Positions 29,801-38,368 are shown, counted from the first letter of the stretch. The stretch is DNA of 64,000 nucleotides from an uncultured Candidatus Saccharibacteria bacterium (GCA_964537935.1 CAZICT010000001.1:70870-134869), one strand, 5' to 3'. A program made the numbers and translations. Notes: generated by a model from the sequence alone, not told the origin.

Positions 29801-30151
29801 ATGGCAGAAGCCAAAAAAACAGCTGCAACCAAAAGCGAGGCTACGTCTAAACAGCGGATACGTATTCGCCTTAAGGCCTATGACCATAAGGTAATAGATC
29901 AGTCTGCAAAGCAGATCGTTGATACTGCGATACGTACTGGTGCAAATATTGCCGGGCCAATTCCATTACCGACAAAAAAGACAACCTATACGGTTATAAA
30001 AAGCCCGCATGTATATAAGAAGGGACGGGAGCAGTTTGAAATGCGCGTCCACAAGCGGCTTATTGACGTCTTTGACCCAACGCCGAAGACAATCGATAGC
30101 CTTATGAACTTAAGCCTGCCGGCTGGTTGCGACGCAGAAATCAAGATGTAA
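29801..30151 (+). CDS. rpsJ: 30S ribosomal protein S10 (uS10) with ~15-aa N-terminal extension
   Basis: [26 protein letters not shown]... typical uS10 core. Confidence 0.96.
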   Translation: MAEAKKTAATKSEATSKQRIRIRLKAYDHKVIDQSAKQIVDTAIRTGANIAGPIPLPTKKTTYTVIKSPHVYKKGREQFEMRVHKRLIDVFDPTPKTIDSLMNLSLPAGCDAEIKM

Positions 30152-30175
30152 TTGATATTTCTTGAGGAACACAGG

Positions 30176-30214
30176 ACTCGGAGTTGAATCGGATTCGACT
30201 CCGAGTTTCATTTT
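30176..30214 (+). terminator. Rho-independent terminator immediately after rpsJ
   Basis: Near-perfect 15-bp palindrome actcggagttgaatc/gattcgactccgagt followed by ttcatttt. Confidence 0.7.
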
Positions 30215-30450
30215 ATAAAAAGATACTAAGAATCAAGCCATGATGAGCCAGAGATTATAATTATAAGGGCAATGTACGCACAGCATGTGTTAACTCGTGG
30301 CATTATAAAGCGAGAATAGTATAGGGTGGGGCTTAATAGAATGAAAATTGAGCCTTACATACGAAAAGCAAAGATCATTAACTGCCTCTGTTTAGTATGT
30401 TCATTAAAGCCAATAGATTGTTGTCGTATACTTGTTATAGTATGGTTATT

Positions 30451-30663
30451 ATGACAGAGGCAGAGGGTGCAAATGTACATGGGTTGCCGCCTAAAGACGA
30501 CCAAGAAACTATAGTGATTCTGGCAGAAAACGCTATAAACGCTATAAGAGAAATTCGAGATTTCTTATGTAGCTCTGACGACGCATGCGTTAACCTTGCC
30601 AAGGCAGCCTTAAACGACATCGTAGATTTTTCTAAAACTGGCAATCATATTGGAAGCGAGTAG
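30451..30663 (+). CDS. Hypothetical small helical protein (70 aa from 30451; ORF open from 30397)
   Basis: ORF only; TATAGT 9 nt upstream of 30451. Confidence 0.4.
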   Translation: MTEAEGANVHGLPPKDDQETIVILAENAINAIREIRDFLCSSDDACVNLAKAALNDIVDFSKTGNHIGSE

Positions 30664-30678
30664 GAGGTAAGGTAAATT

Positions 30679-31314
30679 TTGCGAACAAATCTAAATGCTA
30701 TGATTGAAGTGGTAATCGGGACGTCAAATCCTTCTAAATTAAATGAATTTCGGAACATTGCTGCGTCAAGTAACGTAAAAATATTTTCTTTGGCGGATAT
30801 AGGCGTAGAGGCTCCGGAAATAGAAGAATCGGGAAGCTCTTATGAGGAAAATGCTCACATCAAGTATGATGCCCTCAGACCGTTAATACCAGACAAATAT
30901 ATTCTGATTACCGAAGATTCCGGTGTTTCGATTGATGCGTTAAACGGCGAGCCAGGTGTTCATTCACGACGATGGAATGATGAAGGCCGGGAAATGTCCG
31001 ATAAGGAGCTGATTGAAAAAATGCAAAGCCAACTTGCAGACAAACCTGATAGAACAGCCAGGTTTATAGTTGCAGCAGCCTTCGGCGGATCAGGCTATAG
31101 AATGAAGGCCGTACACGGTGAGATTGTAGGCGAAATGCTTAAAACACCTAGGGTTGAGCTGGCGACAGAAGGCTTTCCTTATAGGGCTTTCTTTTTCATA
31201 CCTTCACTGGGCATCATGCTTTCTGAGCTGCACAACATGCCAGCCAAAACCAGGCCGGGATTTAGGACGCACCGAGAGCAGATTTGGGATCAGATTTTAG
31301 AAACACTTGAGTAG
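30679..31314 (+). CDS. rdgB: Non-canonical purine NTP pyrophosphatase (RdgB/HAM1 family)
   Basis: VIGTSNPSKLNEF, ENAHIKY, EDSGVSIDALNGEPGVHSRRW motifs; TTG start after aggagg (alternative ATG 30700). Confidence 0.8.
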   Translation: MRTNLNAMIEVVIGTSNPSKLNEFRNIAASSNVKIFSLADIGVEAPEIEESGSSYEENAHIKYDALRPLIPDKYILITEDSGVSIDALNGEPGVHSRRWNDEGREMSDKELIEKMQSQLADKPDRTARFIVAAAFGGSGYRMKAVHGEIVGEMLKTPRVELATEGFPYRAFFFIPSLGIMLSELHNMPAKTRPGFRTHREQIWDQILETLE

Positions 31315-31318
31315 AAGG

Positions 31319-31771
31319 CTATTTAGCTTTTGGGTTTTCAATAGATTCTGGAATTTGAGGAGGAAACGTCCTAACATTGTTTTGACTGCGCTCAAGAGAT
31401 AAGGGCGATTCATCGGTAAAGGGAGCTGAATGGAACTCGTCAGACTGGTAGCGCGGCAAAACTTCATCAGTTACAGGCATATTGGCTTCGGTGACAATAA
31501 CCGGCACGGGCTCTTCTTTGCTGGTTAATAAGTTCACACTACCAAAGCCAGCGACACCAATAAGCACCAGACTGCCAACAGCTTTAGCTAGGTGTGGTTT
31601 CGTTGTGGCTTTGTAAGGATCAGATTCGCCCTTTATGGTACCTTCGAAGTTCTTGGCAACTGCACGTAATACCCGTCGAAGCCTGGGTAAACGACCCGGG
31701 CCGACAAAATCCACTCCAGGTCTAGGCTCATATGTTTCGTAAATTCTGGGCTCTAGATCTTTGAGTGTCAT
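31319..31771 (-). CDS. Hypothetical protein with one central TM helix
   Basis: 150-aa ORF convergent with rdgB; AVGSLVLIGVAGFGSVNLL TM. Confidence 0.5.
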   Translation of the reverse strand: MTLKDLEPRIYETYEPRPGVDFVGPGRLPRLRRVLRAVAKNFEGTIKGESDPYKATTKPHLAKAVGSLVLIGVAGFGSVNLLTSKEEPVPVIVTEANMPVTDEVLPRYQSDEFHSAPFTDESPLSLERSQNNVRTFPPQIPESIENPKAK

Positions 31772-31876
31772 TGTTTATATCTTTAATTATTCTCTTTAAT
31801 TTGATTACGTTTATTAAACTTATATTAACAAAAGCGGCTATGGCCGTAAAGCCGCGAAGTATGGTTAAATGGATGT

Positions 31877-32152
31877 ATGGCAAAAAGAAAAACAAAAAAG
31901 AGAAATTATTCGGAATCCGACGGAACTTATTTCCTCAAGCTAGTACTGTACGTAATAGTTGGTTCGCAGTGGGTATGGTTCATTGATGGCGTGCGCCAAG
32001 CATTTTTACCCCTGCCTATTGGGTTGTTTCTCGGTTTGGCATTTGCAACGCATGAAAAGTTTCGGGTAGATCGTAAGATCGAATTCGCATTGCTTCTGGT
32101 CGCAGCTTTGATAGGTTTTTGGTCACAGATTGGCATATTTATAGACGTGTAG
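31877..32152 (+). CDS. Hypothetical small membrane protein (basic N-tail, ~3 TM)
   Basis: 91-aa ORF; upstream TTGATT-N16-TATTAA; competing frames rejected. Confidence 0.45.
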   Translation: MAKRKTKKRNYSESDGTYFLKLVLYVIVGSQWVWFIDGVRQAFLPLPIGLFLGLAFATHEKFRVDRKIEFALLLVAALIGFWSQIGIFIDV

Positions 32153-32165
32153 AAATTGCAACATA

Positions 32166-32195
32166 TTGACACTAGTAACTGTTTTGTGCTACTCT
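32166..32195 (+). promoter_or_regulatory. Promoter for rplC-led ribosomal operon
   Basis: TTGACA-N18-TACTCT with TGc extended -10. Confidence 0.6.
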
Positions 32196-32220
32196 TGCGT
32201 GGTATATAAATTTTCCTGTA

Positions 32221-32283
32221 CTTGGTGAGTCGGTCTAAGTCCCTCCTAAACAGAGGTGAAACTAGCGAACACCAAGCATTTTT
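32221..32283 (+). promoter_or_regulatory. Attenuator-like stem-loop with U-tract in the rplC leader
   Basis: cttggtg (32221-27) pairs with caccaag (32270-76), followed by cattttt; internal cctc/gagg helix. Confidence 0.45.
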
Positions 32284-32349
32284 GTGTCAAAACAAGATGA
32301 ATTGGGTATCCAAAACAGGTGGTAATAAAGGGTAGAGGCCTAAATAACT

Positions 32350-32964
32350 ATGAAAGCTTTAATCACACGAAAGGTTGGCATGACAAGCACCATTGCTGAA
32401 GATGGCACTGTTCAAGCTATTACCTTGCTTTCCGCTAGTCCTTGTGTCATTACGCAAGTGAAGACCGATGAGACCGACGGTTATAGCGCCGTGCAGCTTG
32501 GCACTGAAGAAGCGAAGCACATGGGCAAAGCACAAGCCGGTCACTTTAAAGCAGCAAAGACACAACCGAAAGTTGTGCGCGAATTCCGCATTGCTGAATT
32601 AGATGAAAACACACGCGTCGGCGAGACAATCTCGGCCGACGTTTTTTCTGTCGGAGACACCGTTCATGTTACCGGCACCAGCAAGGGTAAGGGTTGGGCT
32701 GGCACAATTAAGCGCCATAACTTCCACCGACAACGCAAGACACACGGTGGTAAAGGCAACACCAGGAAAGTCGGTTCTATCGGATCTATGTATCCTCAAA
32801 AGATATTCAAGGGCAAGAAAATGGCTGGTCAAATGGGCGATGAACAGGTAACTGTTCGTAACCTTAAAGTTGCGCTGGTTGACACGGAGCTGGGCGTAAT
32901 CGGAGTTACCGGAGCCGTGCCAGGTCCTAAAAAAGGCATTGTAATCATTCGGGAGGCACTGTAA
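32350..32964 (+). CDS. rplC: 50S ribosomal protein L3 (uL3)
   Basis: Translation recognisable as uL3; conserved S10-cluster order. Confidence 0.96.
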   Translation: MKALITRKVGMTSTIAEDGTVQAITLLSASPCVITQVKTDETDGYSAVQLGTEEAKHMGKAQAGHFKAAKTQPKVVREFRIAELDENTRVGETISADVFSVGDTVHVTGTSKGKGWAGTIKRHNFHRQRKTHGGKGNTRKVGSIGSMYPQKIFKGKKMAGQMGDEQVTVRNLKVALVDTELGVIGVTGAVPGPKKGIVIIREAL

Positions 32965-33611
32965 TGGCTGTAAAGACATTCACCAAGACCGGCAATAAGG
33001 CTACCACGACCGCCAAGCTTGATAAGAAAATTTTCGGTGTTGCTCCAGAAAATCATGAGTTATTAAAGCAAGCTTACGTTTCATATCTGGCAAACGGACG
33101 TGAAAGTTCAGCAACCACCAAAACCCGCGGTCTAGTAAGAGGCGGCGGCCGCAAACCATGGCGTCAAAAGGGTACCGGCCGAGCACGGTTCGGTTCTTCA
33201 CGTAACCCGATTTGGCGGGGCGGCGGTATAGTTTTTGGACCTTCCGGAACTGAAAATTACACCAAGAAGCTCAACACGACCGCCAAGCGCCTGGCCATCC
33301 GACAAGCACTAAGCCTTGCAGCTGACAGCAAAGTGGTTGTTATCGAAGAATTTGCAGTTAAGGATAATAAGACATCAGAGGCTGCAAAGTTACTGAGTAA
33401 GATCGGCGCCACCAAGAAAACGCTGGTTGTAGTAGACAACAAGTCAGATGAAGTTGCCCGGTCTGTCAGTAATTTAAAAGATGTAAAACTTGTTCAAGCT
33501 ACCTATCTAAATGTTTTCGACATTCTAAACGCCGACAGCATTGTAATAACCAACAAGGCGCTGGCGTCACTTTCCGAATGGTTAAACAGTACTAAGGGAG
33601 GAGAAAAATAA
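32964..33611 (+). CDS. rplD: 50S ribosomal protein L4 (uL4)
   Basis: TAATG overlap with rplC; uL4-like (GGGRKPWRQKGTGRAR). Confidence 0.96.
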   Translation: MAVKTFTKTGNKATTTAKLDKKIFGVAPENHELLKQAYVSYLANGRESSATTKTRGLVRGGGRKPWRQKGTGRARFGSSRNPIWRGGGIVFGPSGTENYTKKLNTTAKRLAIRQALSLAADSKVVVIEEFAVKDNKTSEAAKLLSKIGATKKTLVVVDNKSDEVARSVSNLKDVKLVQATYLNVFDILNADSIVITNKALASLSEWLNSTKGGEK

Positions 33612-33952
33612 TGAGCAAAACAATGATACTCCGTCCCCGCATCAGCGAAAAGGCTTACGCACACAGCCAGGAAAAGAATGTTTACGTCTTTATGGTACCG
33701 ACTGATTCTAATAAAGCGACTGTAGCTGACGCAGTTGAAGCGCAGTTTGGCGTAACAGTAGAAACAGTTAATTTACTGAATGTAAAAGGTAAGACTAAGC
33801 GAACATATCGTCGTGGTGGCCGTTTTAGTATGGGCAAGCGGGCTGATGTCAAGAAAGCATATGTGACTGTCAAAGAAGGAGACAACATCCCTGTTTTTGC
33901 AGCCGAGGAAGAAGCCGACAATAAAGCTGCTAAGTCTGGAGGTAAGAAATAA
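33611..33952 (+). CDS. rplW: 50S ribosomal protein L23 (uL23)
   Basis: TAATG overlap; uL23-like. Confidence 0.94.
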   Translation: MSKTMILRPRISEKAYAHSQEKNVYVFMVPTDSNKATVADAVEAQFGVTVETVNLLNVKGKTKRTYRRGGRFSMGKRADVKKAYVTVKEGDNIPVFAAEEEADNKAAKSGGKK

Positions 33953-34788
33953 TGGCTATTAAGACATACAAGCCAACGACTCCCGGAAGGCGAGGCATGA
34001 CTGGCCAAGACTTGAGCACTATCACCACTAAGAAGCCGCTTAAGTCGTTGACGGTAATAAAGAACAAGAATTCCGGACGTAACAATCAAGGCAGGATTAC
34101 TACCCGTCACCGTGGCGGTGGTACCCGCAAATTCTATCGGTTGGTAGATTTCAAGCTGTCACCTGGTACTGAGGCCGTAGTTGAGCATATAGAATACGAC
34201 CCAAACCGCAGCGCACATATCGCGCGTATTAAAGATTCAAATAACACTTATCATTACGTACTGGCAGCAGCTGGAATGAAAGTCGGAACCAAAATTACTA
34301 GCGGTGAAGATGCGCCTATCGAGAACGGCAACCGATTGCCACTAAAAAATATTCCTGTTGGAACCATCGTACACGCTGTTGAACTTAGCCCTGGTAAGGG
34401 CGCACAAATGGTGCGTTCAGCAGGAGCGGGCGCACAGCTGATGGCTAAAGAAGACAACTATGCTCAACTTAAGCTGCCAAGCGGCGAAGTACGACGTGTG
34501 CTGGTTACTTGCACGGCAAGTGTTGGGGTAGTAGGAAATGAGCAACACCAAAACATCAAGGTAGGAAAAGCCGGACGTAATCGCAATAAAGGTATCCGTC
34601 CTACCGTCCGTGGTGTTGTTATGAACGCGGCAGATCACCCTCATGGTGGTGGAGATGGTGGACGACACGGTCCAGGTAAAGACCCGCGAACACCTTGGGG
34701 GCAGCGCACGCTTGGTTACAAGACCCGCCGCCGCAAGAATACTAATAAATTTATTGTCCGCAGTCGTCATGCGGCGAAGAGGAAATAA
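33952..34788 (+). CDS. rplB: 50S ribosomal protein L2 (uL2)
   Basis: 278 aa; MNAADHPHGGGDG motif. Confidence 0.97.
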   Translation: MAIKTYKPTTPGRRGMTGQDLSTITTKKPLKSLTVIKNKNSGRNNQGRITTRHRGGGTRKFYRLVDFKLSPGTEAVVEHIEYDPNRSAHIARIKDSNNTYHYVLAAAGMKVGTKITSGEDAPIENGNRLPLKNIPVGTIVHAVELSPGKGAQMVRSAGAGAQLMAKEDNYAQLKLPSGEVRRVLVTCTASVGVVGNEQHQNIKVGKAGRNRNKGIRPTVRGVVMNAADHPHGGGDGGRHGPGKDPRTPWGQRTLGYKTRRRKNTNKFIVRSRHAAKRK

Positions 34789-34791
34789 GCG

Positions 34792-35067
34792 ATGAGTAGA
34801 TCACTGAAAAAAGGTCCATTCATTGACCCAAAGCTCGCTAAAAAAGTTGACGCACTGGGCAAGGAAGACCGAACCATCATTAAGACCTGGGCGCGCAGTA
34901 GCACAATCAGCCCTGAGTTTGTGGGCCGCACCATTGCTGTTCACAACGGAAAAGTTCACGTTCCGGTGTTTATTACCGAAAACATGGTAGGACACAAACT
35001 AGGAGAGTTTGCGCCGACCCGTAAATTCCGCCGACACGGTGGTAAGCTCGCGAAAGGTGGTAGATAA
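34792..35067 (+). CDS. rpsS: 30S ribosomal protein S19 (uS19)
   Basis: [12 protein letters not shown]..., HNGK motif. Confidence 0.97.
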   Translation: MSRSLKKGPFIDPKLAKKVDALGKEDRTIIKTWARSSTISPEFVGRTIAVHNGKVHVPVFITENMVGHKLGEFAPTRKFRRHGGKLAKGGR

Positions 35068-35069
35068 TC

Positions 35070-35468
35070 ATGTCAGTTACCGCAACCGCTAAGAGCGTTC
35101 GTATGAGCCCGCGAAAAGTTGGCGTGGTTGCTGCGCTTGTTCGTGGCCGCAGCGTGGCTGATGCTATTACGATTTTAGAACATACACCTCGCCGAGCCGC
35201 CCTAACCGTAAAGAAAGTCATTGAGAGTGCTAGAGCTAATGCTGAAAATAACCACAACTACAAAGCCGACACACTGCAATTGACCACCATAACGGTTACT
35301 CCGGGTCCCCGTCTTAAGCGTTATCGCCCGGCCGCTCATGGTCGTGCACTTCCGTACCAAAGGCGCACATCTCATATTCATGTAGTAGTTGACGGAGAAG
35401 TCCGAGCTCCTAAGAAGCCGGCAGCTCCCGCAAAGAAAGCTGACGCAAAGAAGGAGGCTAAGAAATGA
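35070..35468 (+). CDS. rplV: 50S ribosomal protein L22 (uL22) with Lys/Ala/Pro-rich C-tail
   Basis: uL22-like core; TGA stop at 35466-68. Confidence 0.95.
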   Translation: MSVTATAKSVRMSPRKVGVVAALVRGRSVADAITILEHTPRRAALTVKKVIESARANAENNHNYKADTLQLTTITVTPGPRLKRYRPAAHGRALPYQRRTSHIHVVVDGEVRAPKKPAAPAKKADAKKEAKK

Positions 35469-35569
35469 ATTTAAGAAAAGACAGCAGCCAGAGTTTGAAT
35501 TCATTTCAAGCCCTGCGCGATGTGAAAAACCGTAGGTTTGTATTTAAGACCGAACGGAGTGAGGTGTAG
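35465..35569 (+). CDS. Candidate 34-aa micro-ORF ([34 protein letters not shown]), paralog of 38368-38484
   Basis: ATG overlaps rplV stop (ATGA); stop 2 nt before rpsC ATG; frame conserved with paralog. Confidence 0.35.
   Translation: MNLRKDSSQSLNSFQALRDVKNRRFVFKTERSEV
35468..35545 (+). repeat. Copy 1 of ~77-nt intergenic repeat (partner 38383-38458)
   Basis: 66/75 identical in the core by manual alignment; hairpins ttgaa-ttcat-ttcaa and aaacc-gta-ggttt. Confidence 0.85.
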
Positions 35570-35571
35570 TT

Positions 35572-36204
35572 ATGGGTCAGAAAGTAAATCCGATTAGCAT
35601 GCGACTCCAGGTTAATAAGAACTGGCGCAGCAAGTGGTTCGCCAATAAGCGCGAGTACGCTAAGTATTTGACGCAAGACCTTGAGGTTCGCCGTTTGATT
35701 AAAAATAAGCTCGGTAAACGTGCAGCTATCAATACTATTGATATCGAACGTTCACCTAACCTTGTTTCAGTAACTATCACGACCGCTAAAGCCGGTGTAG
35801 TCATCGGACGCGGTGGTTCAGGCGCTCAAGAATTAAAAGCGGCCATAGAAAAAATCTATGGTGTACCAACCAGGGTTAACATTGAAGAGATCAAGAAACC
35901 TGAGCTTTATGCCAAGCTGGTTGCTGAAAATATCGCTCATCAACTTGAGCGGCGTATCGCATTTCGTCGAGCAGTAAAATCAGCCGCAGCCGCAACCATG
36001 CGTGCCGGAGCTAAGGGAATCCGTATTGAGGTTGCCGGCCGGCTTGGAGGCGCAGAAATGAGCCGCCGTGAAAAAACCGTCGAAGGTTCCGTGCCGCTGC
36101 ACACACTCCGTGCCGATATCGATTATCATGCCGCACGAGCCAATTACCCAGGCGCTGGCATCATCGGTGTCAAGGTGTGGATCTATAAGGGGGAGGTGAA
36201 GTAA
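35572..36204 (+). CDS. rpsC: 30S ribosomal protein S3 (uS3)
   Basis: [12 protein letters not shown]..., KH domain. Confidence 0.97.
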   Translation: MGQKVNPISMRLQVNKNWRSKWFANKREYAKYLTQDLEVRRLIKNKLGKRAAINTIDIERSPNLVSVTITTAKAGVVIGRGGSGAQELKAAIEKIYGVPTRVNIEEIKKPELYAKLVAENIAHQLERRIAFRRAVKSAAAATMRAGAKGIRIEVAGRLGGAEMSRREKTVEGSVPLHTLRADIDYHAARANYPGAGIIGVKVWIYKGEVK

Positions 36205-36205
36205 C

Positions 36206-36619
36206 ATGTTGATGCCTAACCGAACTAAGCACCGCAAGGTGTTCAAAGGAAGAGTACGCGGACCGGCCACCAAGGGTAACTATATCGCCTTCGGGCAATA
36301 CGCCCTCCAAAGCCAAGGCCATGAACGTATTACTTCCCGTCAAATTGAGTCAGCCCGTCAGGCAATGACCCGCTACATTAAGCGAGGTGGTAAAATTTGG
36401 ATCCGCATTTTCCCTCATACACCTGTAACCCGCAAGGCACTTGGTACGAAGATGGGGAGCGGTAAAGGAAATCCGGAATTTTTTGCAGCCAAAGTAAGAC
36501 CCGGAACTATCCTGTTCGAGATGCAAGGAGTGAGCGAAGAAGTAGCCCGTGAAGCAATGCGACTGGCTGCCCACAAACTGCCTGTGAAGACTAAGTTTTT
36601 AGTGAAGGAGGAGGCGTAA
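36206..36619 (+). CDS. rplP: 50S ribosomal protein L16 (uL16)
   Basis: [16 protein letters not shown]... Confidence 0.97.
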   Translation: MLMPNRTKHRKVFKGRVRGPATKGNYIAFGQYALQSQGHERITSRQIESARQAMTRYIKRGGKIWIRIFPHTPVTRKALGTKMGSGKGNPEFFAAKVRPGTILFEMQGVSEEVAREAMRLAAHKLPVKTKFLVKEEA

Positions 36620-36620
36620 T

Positions 36621-36821
36621 ATGAAAATCGCTGATATCCGTAAATTTTCTACAGCAGAACTGGCAACAGAAAGTTCTAAGCTGCGCGAGGAAATTGCCGA
36701 ACTGAAACGAAGAGTCCACATGGGCGAAACCCAGAATGTGCGTGCAATTCGCAATAAACGTAAAGATTTAGCCCGAATGCTGACCGTGCTAGGTGAGCAG
36801 CTGGCGAAGGAGAACATGTAA
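36621..36821 (+). CDS. rpmC: 50S ribosomal protein L29 (uL29)
   Basis: 66 aa, helical uL29-like; position. Confidence 0.92.
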   Translation: MKIADIRKFSTAELATESSKLREEIAELKRRVHMGETQNVRAIRNKRKDLARMLTVLGEQLAKENM

Positions 36822-37096
36822 TGGCAAAAACGCTATACGGTGTTGTGTCCTCAGACAAGGGCGACAAGACAATTGTCGTTACTGTTTCTACCCGAAAAAC
36901 ACACCGGCTCTATAACAAGCAATACACTGAGGACCATAAATTTATGGCGCATGATGAAAAGAACGAAGCGCAGATTGGCGATAAGGTCGCTATCAGTGAA
37001 ACTAAACCACTCAGTGCTCGTAAGCGCTTTAAGCTCGACCGCATTATTGAGAAAGCGGCTATCCGTCACGTTGAGGACGGGGAGGTAGAAGTGTAA
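36821..37096 (+). CDS. rpsQ: 30S ribosomal protein S17 (uS17)
   Basis: TAATG overlap; [14 protein letters not shown] typical uS17. Confidence 0.95.
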   Translation: MAKTLYGVVSSDKGDKTIVVTVSTRKTHRLYNKQYTEDHKFMAHDEKNEAQIGDKVAISETKPLSARKRFKLDRIIEKAAIRHVEDGEVEV

Positions 37097-37464
37097 TGAT
37101 ACAGCAAGAATCCCGATTAACCGTCTGTGACAACAGTGGTGCAAAAGAAATTTTGTGCATCCGAGTTCTTGGCGGCACACGTAAACGCTATGCGCGTGTC
37201 GGTGATCTGATCACTGCTACGGTAAAAGAGGCGAGTCCGACTGGTGCCGTTAAGAAAAAGTCGGTCGTTAAAGCGGTAGTTGTGCGAAGTCAACGCGAAA
37301 TAAAGCGCAAAGACGGATCGACTATCAAATTTGATGATAACGCAGCCGTAATTGTCGGCGACGACAAAAATCCACGCGCAACCCGTATTTTTGGCCCTGT
37401 TCCCCGTGAATTGCGCGATTTAGGTTACACAAAAATTGTGAGCTTAGCTCCGGAGGTACTCTAA
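37096..37464 (+). CDS. rplN: 50S ribosomal protein L14 (uL14)
   Basis: [18 protein letters not shown]... Confidence 0.97.
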   Translation: MIQQESRLTVCDNSGAKEILCIRVLGGTRKRYARVGDLITATVKEASPTGAVKKKSVVKAVVVRSQREIKRKDGSTIKFDDNAAVIVGDDKNPRATRIFGPVPRELRDLGYTKIVSLAPEVL

Positions 37465-37793
37465 TGAATACCGTATATAAGATACGATTGCAAAAGGGTG
37501 ACACCGTACAGGTCCTATCCGGTAAGTACAAAGGCAAGACCGGTAAGGTTACTGCCGTACACCCGAAAGAGAATAAAGTAACGGTTGAAGGTGTAAACAT
37601 CGTTAAAAAGCATGTGAAGCCTAATCGCGAATATCCTCAAGGAACTATTCTTGAGATCACCAAACCCATCTGGGTAAGCAAGGTTGGCATTGTCGAACCG
37701 ACCACCAAGAAGCCGTCACGCATCGCTTATAAAATCGGTAAGGATGGCAAAAAGGTTCGCGTATATGCATCAACCGGGAAGGAAGTTAAGTAA
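37464..37793 (+). CDS. rplX: 50S ribosomal protein L24 (uL24)
   Basis: KGDTVQVLSGKYKGKTGKV KOW motif. Confidence 0.96.
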   Translation: MNTVYKIRLQKGDTVQVLSGKYKGKTGKVTAVHPKENKVTVEGVNIVKKHVKPNREYPQGTILEITKPIWVSKVGIVEPTTKKPSRIAYKIGKDGKKVRVYASTGKEVK

Positions 37794-38368
37794 TGGCTAC
37801 CGCTACTAAGATCACACCAACAGCCCGGTTAAAACATGAGTTTAATGAGAAATATGCTCGTGAACTACAAAAAGAATTGGGGCTTAAAAATATCCAGCAG
37901 GTTCCGCGGCTGGAAAAGATTGTTTTGAACGTAGGACTCGGACGCGCAAAGGACGATAAAAAGATTATCGAAGTTGCAACCAACACTATTACAAAGATTA
38001 CCGGCCAGAAACCAGTCGACACATTCGCCAAAAATTCCATAGCCGGATTTAAGCTACGTGAAGGCAATAAGATCGGTATCAAAGTAACACTGCGAGATGA
38101 GCGGATGTATGAATTTTTAGACCGTTTGATTAATATTGTCCTGCCGCGACTTCGTGACTTTCACGGTGTTAGCAATAAAGCATTCGATAAGTCAGGCAAC
38201 TACAGCATCGGTATTCCCGATCAGTCAGTTTTTCCGGAATTAACTTTCGATGAAACGACAACCAGCCACGGATTGCAAGCGGTACTGGTAGTAGAATGTC
38301 AAGAACAAGCGCATGCCAAGGCATTGTTACAAAAGTTTGGTATGCCATTTGAAAAGGAGGCAAAGTAA
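37793..38368 (+). CDS. rplE: 50S ribosomal protein L5 (uL5)
   Basis: 191 aa uL5-like; TAATG overlaps on both sides. Confidence 0.96.
   Translation: MATATKITPTARLKHEFNEKYARELQKELGLKNIQQVPRLEKIVLNVGLGRAKDDKKIIEVATNTITKITGQKPVDTFAKNSIAGFKLREGNKIGIKVTLRDERMYEFLDRLINIVLPRLRDFHGVSNKAFDKSGNYSIGIPDQSVFPELTFDETTTSHGLQAVLVVECQEQAHAKALLQKFGMPFEKEAK

Noticed and set aside
31765-32172. Competing ORFs 31765-31986 (+) and 31927-32172 (-) overlapping the small membrane protein gene
   Set aside because: The 31877-32152 frame gives a coherent protein: a basic tail followed by hydrophobic helices. The alternatives give low-complexity or basic junk. Overall confidence in this locus remains modest.
35468-35545. 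Interpreting the 77-nt repeat as a MITE with terminal inverted repeats, or attaching meaning to its EcoRI site (gaattc)
   Set aside because: No terminal inverted repeats could be found at the element ends. The gaattc simply lies in the ttgaa/ttcaa hairpin. Only copy 2 shows a flanking duplication, so a classical MITE is not supported, although mobility is not excluded.
36840-37088. 82-aa alternative-frame ORF within rpsQ and the minus ORF 36851-37180
   Set aside because: Both overlap the well-conserved uS17 frame, with no independent signals.
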